Of a DNA stretch of 64,000 bases, positions 1-10,790 are shown one piece after another. Position 1 is the stretch's first letter. Each line of letters starts with the position of its first letter. The notes below the pieces were generated by a model, which did no database searches, was not told where the DNA came from, and saw nothing but the letters and a program-made list of their open reading frames with translations. The position numbers and the translations under genes are program-made. This stretch comes from Piromyces finnis finn (Eukaryota; Fungi; Neocallimastigomycota): assembly GCA_002104945.1 (NCBI GenBank), contig MCFH01000001.1, forward strand, positions 2,561,576 to 2,625,575, written 5' to 3'.

Positions 1-3000
1 TTCACCTGAATTTTTCTCACAATTTGGAGATTCATCGAATGAAGCAGAAAAGAATGCTAAAATTATTTATTGGTTCAGAAACGTATTAAATGGATTTAAC
101 ATACTAATTCCTGAAAATGTTTCAACAGTTGATTCAAATTTATCAATTATAGCCATTTATTATAATTATTATTATGAAAAATATAATGAGGATGTTACAA
201 CAATAAAAGGAATTTCAAAAGATTCATTCATATATCTAAAAATGCTAGAAAATGAAAAATTAAGAAAAATACTTAAATACTTTAATTTTCATATATTAAA
301 AAGTAATGTTTGTAAAGTATTTAATATTTTGGTAAATTATGAAAAATCAATATCTGTAGAAATAGGTGAATCAGCAAATGAAGAATTGACAATTGAAATA
401 GGTGAAAATATAATTATTAAATATAACAATGAGAAATATTATTTGGATAAAATAGAAGATATAAATAATCTTGAAGAAATTTTGGGTTTAGATAATTATA
501 ATAATAAAATAACTATTTATAAAAATAATATTAATGAAGATATAGATTATATAATCCCGAAATGTTTATGTAGCAATAAAAATTCAATAGGAGGAAATTT
601 ATTCTGGTTTTACAAAATTTTCGCTAATGAATATCTTTCACCTTCAATTATAAATAATATGATGCTATGTGAATTTAATGATGCAATCGAGTATCTATTA
701 AAATTTAAAATATTTAATTCGGACAATTTAAAGGGTATTTGGAATATTGAATTAGAAGATATATTAGAAAAGGGATATCATTTAATTAATTCTTTAAGAT
801 ATTTAAAAAATGATCTTTGGGAAGATAAAAGTAATGATGATAAAAGAAAGAAAGTAAATCAATTTATTGAAAATATAAATGACATTAAAAAATATTCTAA
901 ATTATTTAGTTCATGTGAAACAGGAAATATTATTATTGAAAATATAATTAATTTAATAGATAAAATTAAAAATTATTTCAAAAAATATGAAATAAATATA
1001 TGGGAAAAAATGGAGTTATTTACAGTTACCTGCAAATCATATTTAGAAGAAGAGATATTAAAAGAAAAATTTAAAAAAGAGAAAATAGAATATGCTAAAA
1101 AATTAGAAAAAATTAAAAATGAAATTAATGACATATGTAAACCAGAAAATAAATATAAATTCAATTATATTTTTGAAAGCATTAAAAAATTAGAAAACCA
1201 ATTAAATGATAAAAATACAGAAGAAATAATAAATTCTATAAATGAAATAGAAAAACGTGTAAATATGGCTAAAATAGCTAATGAAAGTAGTATTAATGAT
1301 ACCCATTTAAAAAAATCACAAATATTAAATCATAATAATAATAATAATAATAATTTTACTTATAATAATTATGATAAATTTTCAAAAATATTAAAAAAAT
1401 ATTCCATGTTATATGAAATTATTGATAATATGGAAACAGTTAATGATCAGCAAGCATTCATAAATTGCATGTTTAAAATTTGTGATATTACTGCTCTAAA
1501 AAGCTTTAATAATATATACGAAAGTTTATATAAGACTGAATGTTTGAATAATAATTATGTTTCAGAATATTTAATTACAGAATTAAAACATTTAGTAAAT
1601 TCATTGTTTATTTCAGATATAATTAATAAATATGATGATTTTAGTGATTTTGTAAAGAAAATATTTTTAAATGACAAAGCTTGTATAAGATGTATTGGAA
1701 GTCATTTTGAAGATGATAATTACATTCATCTACCAAATTTCGATATTCTTGATTTAAAATATTGTGTAAGATATGGTTTAAAAAGGAAGGAAAAGGGTTC
1801 ATTAATTGAATTATCATATATTGATAGTGACATCGAAATTCGTAATCCATATGAAAATGAAAAAATTGAAGATTATCTGATTTACTTAATTTCTTGCTTT
1901 ATTAAAAATATTGATAATTCTAAAAATATAGATGATATAATTAAAAACCTTAAAGAAAAAGAAAGAAAACAAGATAACATAATAAATACAGTTGAAAATT
2001 TAAAAAATGCAGTTAAAATAATAATGATATTCAAGGATATTGAATATAAATATAATTATGATTGGCTTTTGAAAAATATTGACGAAATGAAAAATGAATA
2101 TTGGAAAGAACCAGGAAAGATTCTTGTTAAAGATAAATTTAATACATGGCTTCAATTTAATGATAGTAAAAATATATTTAATGGAAAGAAAATTATTGCA
2201 AAGTCTCTTTATGCAACATATGAAGCATCAAATTTAAATATAATTCAATATAAAAACAGAAACTTACAAGATATCCTATCTAAAGTATTAAAAAATATTT
2301 ATGAAGATACAGCAAGTACTTATGACTTTGGTTACAGAATTATTTCATTTTATAAGAACTGTATATATAAAGATAATGTTGCTGAAACAATGATCACAAT
2401 AATATATTCTATATTTGAAATTTTATCTAATAAAAAAATAACAGAAGATAAACAAATTAAGAATATAATAAAAATGATAATAAAAAAATTTATTATATAT
2501 TGTATTGAAAATGAAATTCCAGATTTTAAAAATGTTGAACTTATTAATATATTTAATATACTAAAAAGCATAATATACAATAAATACAATAAAGTATATG
2601 AAATACAAAAAAAAGAATTAGAAGATAAAATTAAAAATAAAATAGAAACATTTACGAATACATTACTAGAAAAAGAGGAAAAGATTGAAAATGAATTAAA
2701 AGAAAAGATAGAAGATTATGAAAATGAACTAAAAGATTATGAAGAAGAAATGAAAAAACTTAGAGAAATATATAAACAAGAGAATAATATTAAAATATAT
2801 ATTATAACTAAATATAATAACTTTAAAAAATTTTTTAGCGGTACTGTAGATGAAGAAAATAATGAAGAAATAGAAGAAAAGTATAAAAAAGAATATGAGG
2901 AATATATAAAAGAAAATACAGAAGAACTCAAGCTAAAAGAGTATTTTAAATGTCATAAAAAGAAACCATTTAATAGCAAGTTTGATATAAAATTAAAAAC

Positions 3001-6000
3001 ATTTAAAGAAAAATGTAAAGAACTAAAAAAAATAAATCAGCTCAAAATTTCAGATTGGAAACATATAAAAAATATTATAAATGATAATAAGAATGAATAT
3101 TTAAATAAATATAATATTATTAATAATAATTTAAAAGATTGTTTAGTAAATGATATAGATCAGTATTTTATAATTATTGATGAGAATGAAAATTTAACTA
3201 AAATTCAATATCCTCAATACATTAATACAGAATATAAAATTGACGAAGAAGATATTAAGATATTAAAAATGTGGATTAAAGAATTATTAAATTGCGAAAT
3301 AAATATGGATATTAAAGAATATAAGGAAAATTATTATGAATCAGTAAATGATATAAATAAAACTTTAAAAAAATATTCAGCAAATACAAACTGGATATTT
3401 GACAAAGAAAACGAGCCGAAATTTTTATTAGATCGTATTAATATAAATTTGGGAATTTATATTTTAAAACATGTTTATACAAATAATATTGGCTCTATAA
3501 CATTTGATAATAATTGTCCTTACCCTGTTTGTTATAAATTAGAACAAGTTAAAACAAATGCTATTATTGCATATAGTTCTGGAGATAAATTACAGCAAAA
3601 TGAGCCAATGACTATAAGATTTAGATTAAATAAAAACTTAAAAGAAAACGAAACAATTAAATGTGAATTCTATATCAAATTAATAAATATTAATAATGAA
3701 GAATGTGATAGATGTAAAGTGGTAACATATTTAAATGTAATTCCTTTATGTTTGAAATTTAAATTAAATGAAAAATATAATATTGATGAAAACAAGAATA
3801 TCAATATAAATCATTATATAAATTTGTTAGAAATAAAGCATCAATATCCAGGAAGTTATTCATCAAATAGTTTGGGTATTATAATAAATGAAAATTCAGA
3901 TAATAGGTTCAATAAAATTAAATTTGAACAAAATCAAGGAAAAATAATATCAGAATTTGAAGCACAACTCAATAATTTAAAATGTTCAAATGTTATTAAC
4001 ATTAATTTAAAAGAATTAGAATTATTCCATTTAAACCTTAATTTTATAATTCCAAAAGATATCGGTCTTATTGTATGTAATAAAAATGGGAAATGTATTG
4101 ATTCAATTGATGTAATTGAAAAAAATCCAATATCATTCTTTTTATTTAATATGAGCATTGATCCAATAAATATTAATTATGCTTTTAATATAGAAAGTAT
4201 AGATATGAAAAAAAAAATACAAAGTATAAATCCCGGAGAAAGAAAAAAAATAGTATTTAATGTTTTGAAAAAATTCAATTCTGAAAATATTAGAATTAAC
4301 GACAAAAATATTAAAATTAATATCATAGGATTACCTAAATTAGATAGTGATTATAAAAACAATAATAATTTTAATGAAATTATTTATTGGGCTAATTCAA
4401 ATAAAAATATTCAAAATAAGCTTTCGTTCCTTATAATAAATAATAAATATAAAATACAAAGAGAAAAAGAAATTAAAAGTGTGAAACTTAATAAAATTTA
4501 CTCCTGTTATTTACTATTTAACAATAAAATTATCGCTCATAAATTTAGTATAAATTACACCAATATAAATAGTGATAAATCATATTGTAAAGTATATGGA
4601 TTATATGATAATAATTTATGCGACGATAAAATATATAAAGATGTTGATATAGCGCTATTAATAAAAGATAATAATTCACATATATTTAATATATTTAGTG
4701 AAGATCAAAAGAAAAAGTTTTTGAATATATTGAATAATAATGAGTTTAAAAATAATCTTTTATCTGACAGTATAGCTGATATAGAAAAATCAATAAATAA
4801 ATTAATAAAAAGAGAATTGCCACTAAATGAAACTGAAACTATCAATGAAAATATTAATAATCTTGACATTACTGGTGAAAAGACATCCATTGATAATATA
4901 ATAATATATCTTATGAAAATGTCAATTACTTATGAAAATGAAGCATTTATCAATCAATTAAAGAGTTGGTTAAAAATAATGTATAATAGAGAAATTTTAC
5001 TTCCATATTTTGATGTAAATAATACATTAAATGAAACAATAAAACAATTTTTGGAAAAACTAAGTTATATTATTAGCTTTGTAGACACAGTTGTAAATCC
5101 AGGAGTTTTAAGTAATGATATTATAAATTATATTAATAAAGAAGCTATGAAGGAAGAAGAAATTCCTTTTAATGATAAAGAATTAATAAATAATTTTAAC
5201 AAGTATTTTAATAATGAATCCGATAATGAAGATGAAGAGTTAATATATTATAATAATAATATATATAAGCATTATAAAAATGATGCTTTCGATAATTTTA
5301 ATAAACAAATAGAAAATTCAAAGCTTGATAATAGTAATTATGATAAAGAAAAAATTAATCAGTTCTTACAGACATATAAAAAAGAAATCGAAAACAATAA
5401 ATTTAATATAACTAATAATAAGATTAACTTTTCAAATTTAGTTGATACATTAGATGATTGTATTAGAATAATTTCAAAATGCCCGTTAATATTATCTACA
5501 ATAGAGGAAAATGAAGAACTAGAATTTTGTATTAAACATTGTCAAATAATCTATGATTTTATATCAAATTTAACTAACTCACCTATTTACAAAACAGAAT
5601 TTTCTGAGATAATTAATTCATCTCTTAATGAAGTCCAAAATATTTTATCAAAATTTGAATTCTTTAATTTGAATTTCGATAAAATAAATAATAATGATTC
5701 GGCATATAGAAAAAATAACGGAGTAATAGTTCAATGTGAATTACCTTTTGATAATAGCTTTGAAAATAATTTAGCGAAAAAAAAAAGAGAGCAAGAAAGT
5801 AAGAATCGATTTGTTGATAATAATAGCACAAGAAATGTACATTTTAATAATTCACAATTTACTTCTAAGAATAATAAAAATTACAAGGGTGAAATTTCTA
5901 ATAATACAAATTACGATGATAACAAGCAATTTATGAAGAAGCAAAAAGATAAAGTTAAACATAAAATAGAAAGTATTAGAATTTTAACCGATGAAGAAAG

Positions 6001-9000
6001 AAAAACAATTTCAATTCCATTTTTAAATGATAATCTAGAACAGGGAAACGATAATAATGACAATAATGATATTTTAGATAATATTAATGAATTAGATTAT
6101 GAAAATTCAAATAAAGAAATGAAAATATCTATGGATATATTGGAAAGGAAGTTAAATAAAACAACACCAACAGAATTTTTAATAATGTTACTGGAAAAAA
6201 TATCCTACAAAAATCAAACATTATCTGAAATTAAGTCTTCAAAATTAAAAAAGAAAGGTTTATCCGAAAACGGAACATTTAAATATGTTGATGAATGTTC
6301 TCAATCATCATCATTTATACAATCAACGATATCAAATATTATAAAATCTAATATTAAATATATAGATAATAATGAAATATTGCCAAATTGTTTATTTGAT
6401 AGTTATGTTGATATTGCAGTTGATATTACACATATGTCACCGATTCAAAGAATCACAGCTCTTGTAATATCAACAGGAATATCTCTTTCTCTATTTAATT
6501 ATGGAGTAAATATAAGAATTTCCGTTTTTGGGGAAAGAAATGGTGTTTGGCTTTTATCGGATGATTTTAAAACAAATGTTGAAGTTCAATTAGCAAGATT
6601 AAGAGATGCACTTGCAAGTAAAAAGAGATATATGTCTTTCCCAGGGGACGCTTTATGCTCATTAAAACAAGATTGGCTTAAAAGATTTAATCAAAATCAA
6701 ACAAACTATACATCAGTATTAATATCTTCATTAATTTCACCTCAAGTTATTAATAAACAAATTAAGTGGAGTGATGAAATTTCAAATAACATAGTTGTAT
6801 TTGGATTAAAATCCGAATTTGATGAAGCAGTTGTGAAAAAATATAATATATATGAAGAGTTATTACAAATTCCTTCAGAAAATAAAAATAAAATTACACA
6901 AAAATTTTTAGATCCTAAAAATGTAATAGGTCAAAATGAATCTGAAAATGAATTACTTGAAATATTATGTAAATCATTGGTAACGTCTTGTATTTACAAA
7001 TCAGGGAATAAGGATAACTTTAAAGAAACTAAAATCATTATGAATGATATTAATGAAATTATAAATGAAAGAATACCTTTAAAAACTATATCTGAATTTA
7101 TTAATAAAAATAGAGAAGATAAATTATATTTTGCTCAAAATATTCCTCATATTATGACAGCTATTTCTAAAATTAATGAAGAATTTAATCCCCCTAAAAT
7201 TCCGCTTCCTTCAGCAAATGAATTACAGAACATTTCAGTCCAAGATAGTAACTCAATTAGAAACCTTAAGAATATTGTTGAAATATTTTTAAAATCTCAA
7301 TTTGGTTTAGTATTTGCTCCAAATACCTCTTCCGGAAAAGTACCATCAGCATCCGGAGGCACTATTTCTATAACAGCTATTAAAAAGTGGATTGTTTCAG
7401 GATTCACATACAAAGAAATATTCTTAAAGAAGGCAGGTAAAACAAAGAGAAAATATTCAATAACAATTGTTATTGATTTCTCCTCATCAATTCACTTATC
7501 TTGTAATTATTCACATGCAATTTCAACAATATTGTTATTATTATTAGCCCCATCAATATTACAAGATAATGAAGAAATTAAAATAGATGTAATTATTAGT
7601 ACTAAAAATGGACCAAAGATAATGTATTTATCTTCAGAAGCAAATACGTTTCAATCTCTTTCTTGCATACAATTAATTCTTGATGTAATTGATAATGAAA
7701 TCTCTAAATATTGTACACCAGGTAATACCTTGAATGCCGCATATCAATTGCAATTACAAAAAGGTGGAGTAGGAATGGGTAAAAACATATTTTTCATTAC
7801 TGATGGTTATGTTACTTCTAAAAAAGAAATAAAGTTTGCAAATTCGATTATTAATTCATGTGAAAATTCTGGAATTGATCTAATAACAATAGGAGTTGGT
7901 TCATATCCAAATGGAATTATACAATTATATCCAAAATGTTGTTATGCCCCATCTTTAAGAGATCTTGGAGATGCTATTTCATATTTGTTTTCTATTTCTA
8001 GAAACCCAGTAAGTAATGAAATTATACCACAAGTAATTATAAATAATACTTCAGAAGAAACCCAAATAAAACTTACGGAAATGATCAAACAACCACCAAA
8101 TAATAAGGAATTACAAAGGAGTATTGAAAACAAAAAAATGAACTACATTGAAATGATGGGAAATAATAATATAATGACATTAGATGATAATATATTTATT
8201 CATGACGAAAATCCTGAAATTGAACCATATTATGATGGATTATTTAAAGGATTTAATATTTTGGTTGTGATTTTATATTTGGGAGGATACGAATATCAAG
8301 GTAAAAAGAGAGATCAAAATATTACAATAGAACAATTTGAATCTGGAACTGGAAAAGCATTAAAAAGAAAGGGATTTAGGTATAAATTAGTATTTAGTTA
8401 TGGTGACACTATTAATGAATTAACAAAATCTATAAATGGTAGATGTCCATATATTGAAACATGGGTATTCTGCAGTGGAGCAGATGGTACTTTACCAGAT
8501 AAAGCAATAGATAAAGATTCAAATAAAATTATACCATTTTTCGAATGTATTACTGAATTTAATAATAAAGGAGGAGGACTATTACTATTTTGTGATAATG
8601 AGCCATATACTTTAGAAGCCAATATATTACTTACCGAATATTTGAGGTTTAAAAATGAAAATGGATTAAATGTAAAACCAAGATTTATAATGAAAGGAAA
8701 TTATAACCAACCAGATTTTAATAAAAAATATATTGTATCCTTAAACCCAAAAAATATAAATGAAAATAAAAACGGTAAATTTAAACCAGATATAAAAATT
8801 CCACCTCCGGGAAAATGCAAAGATAGAATATCACTAAGACCTGGTTTAAGAAAATTTAGTGAAGGTATTACACTATCATATGCTGAATGTGCAGATAAAG
8901 GAAACAACTATTCCCCATTTATTCCATTTGCATATTTAACAGATACAACAAAGGAAAGACCATTTATTCTATACTATGATCCAAAAATGAATGATGGTGA

Positions 9001-9754
9001 TATTAATCAAGGACCAATAGTTGTACATGGAGGATTTACTTCTGCATTCTATGATTTCTCATTTGATGGAACAGGTCGACTTGTTACTTCGATTGCCTGT
9101 TGGCTTGTAAGATATGAGGAAAGGTTTTATCGACAAGTACAGTGTGATTTAAAAACTGAAATAGTTAATAATCTACCTCTTATTTCAATTCCAAACTATA
9201 ATGGTAGAGCTTTTACAAAATGGGTTAATAAAAGTAATTCATCTTTATTATATTCTATTATGGTTTTAGATGTATCAGGTTCTATGAATAATTATTATGA
9301 TTCACTCATTAGTATGGCTAATAGTATTATTAATAATCAAATGAAAAATATAAATAATCATGGAACTATAATTTTATTTGGTGATAGAGCAAAAGCAATA
9401 ATAAAAGATAATTATAAGTTATTAATAAGAAATGATATATCAAACGCTAATGTTGGTGGAGGAACTAATTTTTATTTGGCTTTTTCAGAAGCAATAAAAT
9501 ATATTAATCCTTCTGGAGTTTATGATGACAAAAGATTACTATTTTTAACCGATGGAGAATGTAATGTTAATGGACTTAATCAATTATGTGACCAAATATC
9601 AAATGCTGGATTCTCTATACATATTCTTGGATTTGGAAGTGAACAAACTTTCAATCACTTAAAACCATTTATCAGAAGGAATGGAACATTCCAAGTTTAT
9701 AGTAATTTTAAGGATATTGCATCCTCAGCTGCAAAAATATTTGCTGCAGAATAA
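1..9754 (+). CDS. Giant intronless protein (>3250 aa, 5'-partial). C-terminal part has a degenerate vWA, a midasin-like vWA, a GATase/GIFT-like domain and a terminal vWA
   Basis: The frame is open from base 2 (SPEFFSQFGDSS...FIYLK) through the ORF-track Met at 242, so the real start is left of the window. MIDAS motifs: IVIDFSSSI...FFITDG...ITIGVG (~7470-7900) and VLDVSGSM...GGGTNF...LFLTDGE...ILGFG (~9260-9640). Degenerate VDIAVDITHM at ~6405. A GGGLLLFCDNEPY-containing alpha/beta domain lies at ~8250-9120. Confidence 0.85.
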   Translation, partial: SPEFFSQFGDSSNEAEKNAKIIYWFRNVLNGFNILIPENVSTVDSNLSIIAIYYNYYYEKYNEDVTTIKGISKDSFIYLKMLENEKLRKILKYFNFHILKSNVCKVFNILVNYEKSISVEIGESANEELTIEIGENIIIKYNNEKYYLDKIEDINNLEEILGLDNYNNKITIYKNNINEDIDYIIPKCLCSNKNSIGGNLFWFYKIFANEYLSPSIINNMMLCEFNDAIEYLLKFKIFNSDNLKGIWNIELEDILEKGYHLINSLRYLKNDLWEDKSNDDKRKKVNQFIENINDIKKYSKLFSSCETGNIIIENIINLIDKIKNYFKKYEINIWEKMELFTVTCKSYLEEEILKEKFKKEKIEYAKKLEKIKNEINDICKPENKYKFNYIFESIKKLENQLNDKNTEEIINSINEIEKRVNMAKIANESSINDTHLKKSQILNHNNNNNNNFTYNNYDKFSKILKKYSMLYEIIDNMETVNDQQAFINCMFKICDITALKSFNNIYESLYKTECLNNNYVSEYLITELKHLVNSLFISDIINKYDDFSDFVKKIFLNDKACIRCIGSHFEDDNYIHLPNFDILDLKYCVRYGLKRKEKGSLIELSYIDSDIEIRNPYENEKIEDYLIYLISCFIKNIDNSKNIDDIIKNLKEKERKQDNIINTVENLKNAVKIIMIFKDIEYKYNYDWLLKNIDEMKNEYWKEPGKILVKDKFNTWLQFNDSKNIFNGKKIIAKSLYATYEASNLNIIQYKNRNLQDILSKVLKNIYEDTASTYDFGYRIISFYKNCIYKDNVAETMITIIYSIFEILSNKKITEDKQIKNIIKMIIKKFIIYCIENEIPDFKNVELINIFNILKSIIYNKYNKVYEIQKKELEDKIKNKIETFTNTLLEKEEKIENELKEKIEDYENELKDYEEEMKKLREIYKQENNIKIYIITKYNNFKKFFSGTVDEENNEEIEEKYKKEYEEYIKENTEELKLKEYFKCHKKKPFNSKFDIKLKTFKEKCKELKKINQLKISDWKHIKNIINDNKNEYLNKYNIINNNLKDCLVNDIDQYFIIIDENENLTKIQYPQYINTEYKIDEEDIKILKMWIKELLNCEINMDIKEYKENYYESVNDINKTLKKYSANTNWIFDKENEPKFLLDRININLGIYILKHVYTNNIGSITFDNNCPYPVCYKLEQVKTNAIIAYSSGDKLQQNEPMTIRFRLNKNLKENETIKCEFYIKLININNEECDRCKVVTYLNVIPLCLKFKLNEKYNIDENKNININHYINLLEIKHQYPGSYSSNSLGIIINENSDNRFNKIKFEQNQGKIISEFEAQLNNLKCSNVININLKELELFHLNLNFIIPKDIGLIVCNKNGKCIDSIDVIEKNPISFFLFNMSIDPININYAFNIESIDMKKKIQSINPGERKKIVFNVLKKFNSENIRINDKNIKINIIGLPKLDSDYKNNNNFNEIIYWANSNKNIQNKLSFLIINNKYKIQREKEIKSVKLNKIYSCYLLFNNKIIAHKFSINYTNINSDKSYCKVYGLYDNNLCDDKIYKDVDIALLIKDNNSHIFNIFSEDQKKKFLNILNNNEFKNNLLSDSIADIEKSINKLIKRELPLNETETINENINNLDITGEKTSIDNIIIYLMKMSITYENEAFINQLKSWLKIMYNREILLPYFDVNNTLNETIKQFLEKLSYIISFVDTVVNPGVLSNDIINYINKEAMKEEEIPFNDKELINNFNKYFNNESDNEDEELIYYNNNIYKHYKNDAFDNFNKQIENSKLDNSNYDKEKINQFLQTYKKEIENNKFNITNNKINFSNLVDTLDDCIRIISKCPLILSTIEENEELEFCIKHCQIIYDFISNLTNSPIYKTEFSEIINSSLNEVQNILSKFEFFNLNFDKINNNDSAYRKNNGVIVQCELPFDNSFENNLAKKKREQESKNRFVDNNSTRNVHFNNSQFTSKNNKNYKGEISNNTNYDDNKQFMKKQKDKVKHKIESIRILTDEERKTISIPFLNDNLEQGNDNNDNNDILDNINELDYENSNKEMKISMDILERKLNKTTPTEFLIMLLEKISYKNQTLSEIKSSKLKKKGLSENGTFKYVDECSQSSSFIQSTISNIIKSNIKYIDNNEILPNCLFDSYVDIAVDITHMSPIQRITALVISTGISLSLFNYGVNIRISVFGERNGVWLLSDDFKTNVEVQLARLRDALASKKRYMSFPGDALCSLKQDWLKRFNQNQTNYTSVLISSLISPQVINKQIKWSDEISNNIVVFGLKSEFDEAVVKKYNIYEELLQIPSENKNKITQKFLDPKNVIGQNESENELLEILCKSLVTSCIYKSGNKDNFKETKIIMNDINEIINERIPLKTISEFINKNREDKLYFAQNIPHIMTAISKINEEFNPPKIPLPSANELQNISVQDSNSIRNLKNIVEIFLKSQFGLVFAPNTSSGKVPSASGGTISITAIKKWIVSGFTYKEIFLKKAGKTKRKYSITIVIDFSSSIHLSCNYSHAISTILLLLLAPSILQDNEEIKIDVIISTKNGPKIMYLSSEANTFQSLSCIQLILDVIDNEISKYCTPGNTLNAAYQLQLQKGGVGMGKNIFFITDGYVTSKKEIKFANSIINSCENSGIDLITIGVGSYPNGIIQLYPKCCYAPSLRDLGDAISYLFSISRNPVSNEIIPQVIINNTSEETQIKLTEMIKQPPNNKELQRSIENKKMNYIEMMGNNNIMTLDDNIFIHDENPEIEPYYDGLFKGFNILVVILYLGGYEYQGKKRDQNITIEQFESGTGKALKRKGFRYKLVFSYGDTINELTKSINGRCPYIETWVFCSGADGTLPDKAIDKDSNKIIPFFECITEFNNKGGGLLLFCDNEPYTLEANILLTEYLRFKNENGLNVKPRFIMKGNYNQPDFNKKYIVSLNPKNINENKNGKFKPDIKIPPPGKCKDRISLRPGLRKFSEGITLSYAECADKGNNYSPFIPFAYLTDTTKERPFILYYDPKMNDGDINQGPIVVHGGFTSAFYDFSFDGTGRLVTSIACWLVRYEERFYRQVQCDLKTEIVNNLPLISIPNYNGRAFTKWVNKSNSSLLYSIMVLDVSGSMNNYYDSLISMANSIINNQMKNINNHGTIILFGDRAKAIIKDNYKLLIRNDISNANVGGGTNFYLAFSEAIKYINPSGVYDDKRLLFLTDGECNVNGLNQLCDQISNAGFSIHILGFGSEQTFNHLKPFIRRNGTFQVYSNFKDIASSAAKIFAAE

Positions 9755-10790
9755 ATAAAATAATATTTTTTTTTTACAATTGATAATATATTGAATATAA
9801 CAGTAATAATAAAATTTAACTAATGTAATAAAAAAAATTCAAAATATATAAATATAAAATTAATGTAAATTTTTATGTTGAAGCATGTATATAATTATTT
9901 AAAATAAAAAAAATAACATTAAAATATACTATTTAATTAGTTTTTTTTTTTTTAGAATTATAATATTTTTTTTAAATTTTTTTACATATAATCTTTTAAT
10001 ATTTTTATTTTTTAAGGTAAAAAAGCTTTCAAAAATTTAATGCAATACTTTCAACATTCACTAAAATAATTTGATTATAAAAAGATGATTACATTAAAAA
10101 TGTAGTATATAATTATATATATTATTTGTAATTTAAAAAAAAAGTATTAAATAAGATAAATTAAATTTTGTTTAAAAAACATGTATAATACAAACTTTTT
10201 TATATATATTTAATATATCAAAATATTTTTCTTTATAGAACACTTTTTAAAAAATATGTTATGACTAATACAATTTTTTATTACACTCTGGTTAATAACA
10301 AGGGATATTAGTTTTTTTAATTCATTCATATATGAAATATAAAAATTAAAAATAATAATTAAAAATACTTTAAAAAAAATTTTTTATTAATTTATTCTTT
10401 ATTTTATTGGATCAAATTCTTATTTTTGTTTTTTTACCTGTCCGTTTTATTAAGTTTATTAAGGAAAAAAAAAAAAGATTTATTTTTAACCTTTTTTTTC
10501 TGTCTATTATTCTTTTTATTTTTTTTTTAAATAAAAAAATTTCATTCATAAAAAAGATAAATTAAAAAAAATTAATTAAATATTTTTTTTTAAAAAATAA
10601 TTTATTAATTAAAAATAAAATAAATGAATAAATGTAAAATAAAATAGAAAAAATCAATTAAAAAGTAAAGGTATAAAACTATAAAATCTTAAATATCATT
10701 TTAAAAATAAATATAAAAATGAAATTTTTAATTTTTTTCTTTTTACTTTTTAAATTTTAAAATCAAAAAAAAAAAAAAAAAAAAAAAAAA

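Noticed and set aside
973-8907. Short minus-strand ORFs inside the giant gene, and similar ones inside the sacsin-like, LINE, CotH-CBM18 and CotH genes
   Set aside because: Short, low-complexity, overlapping well-supported genes.
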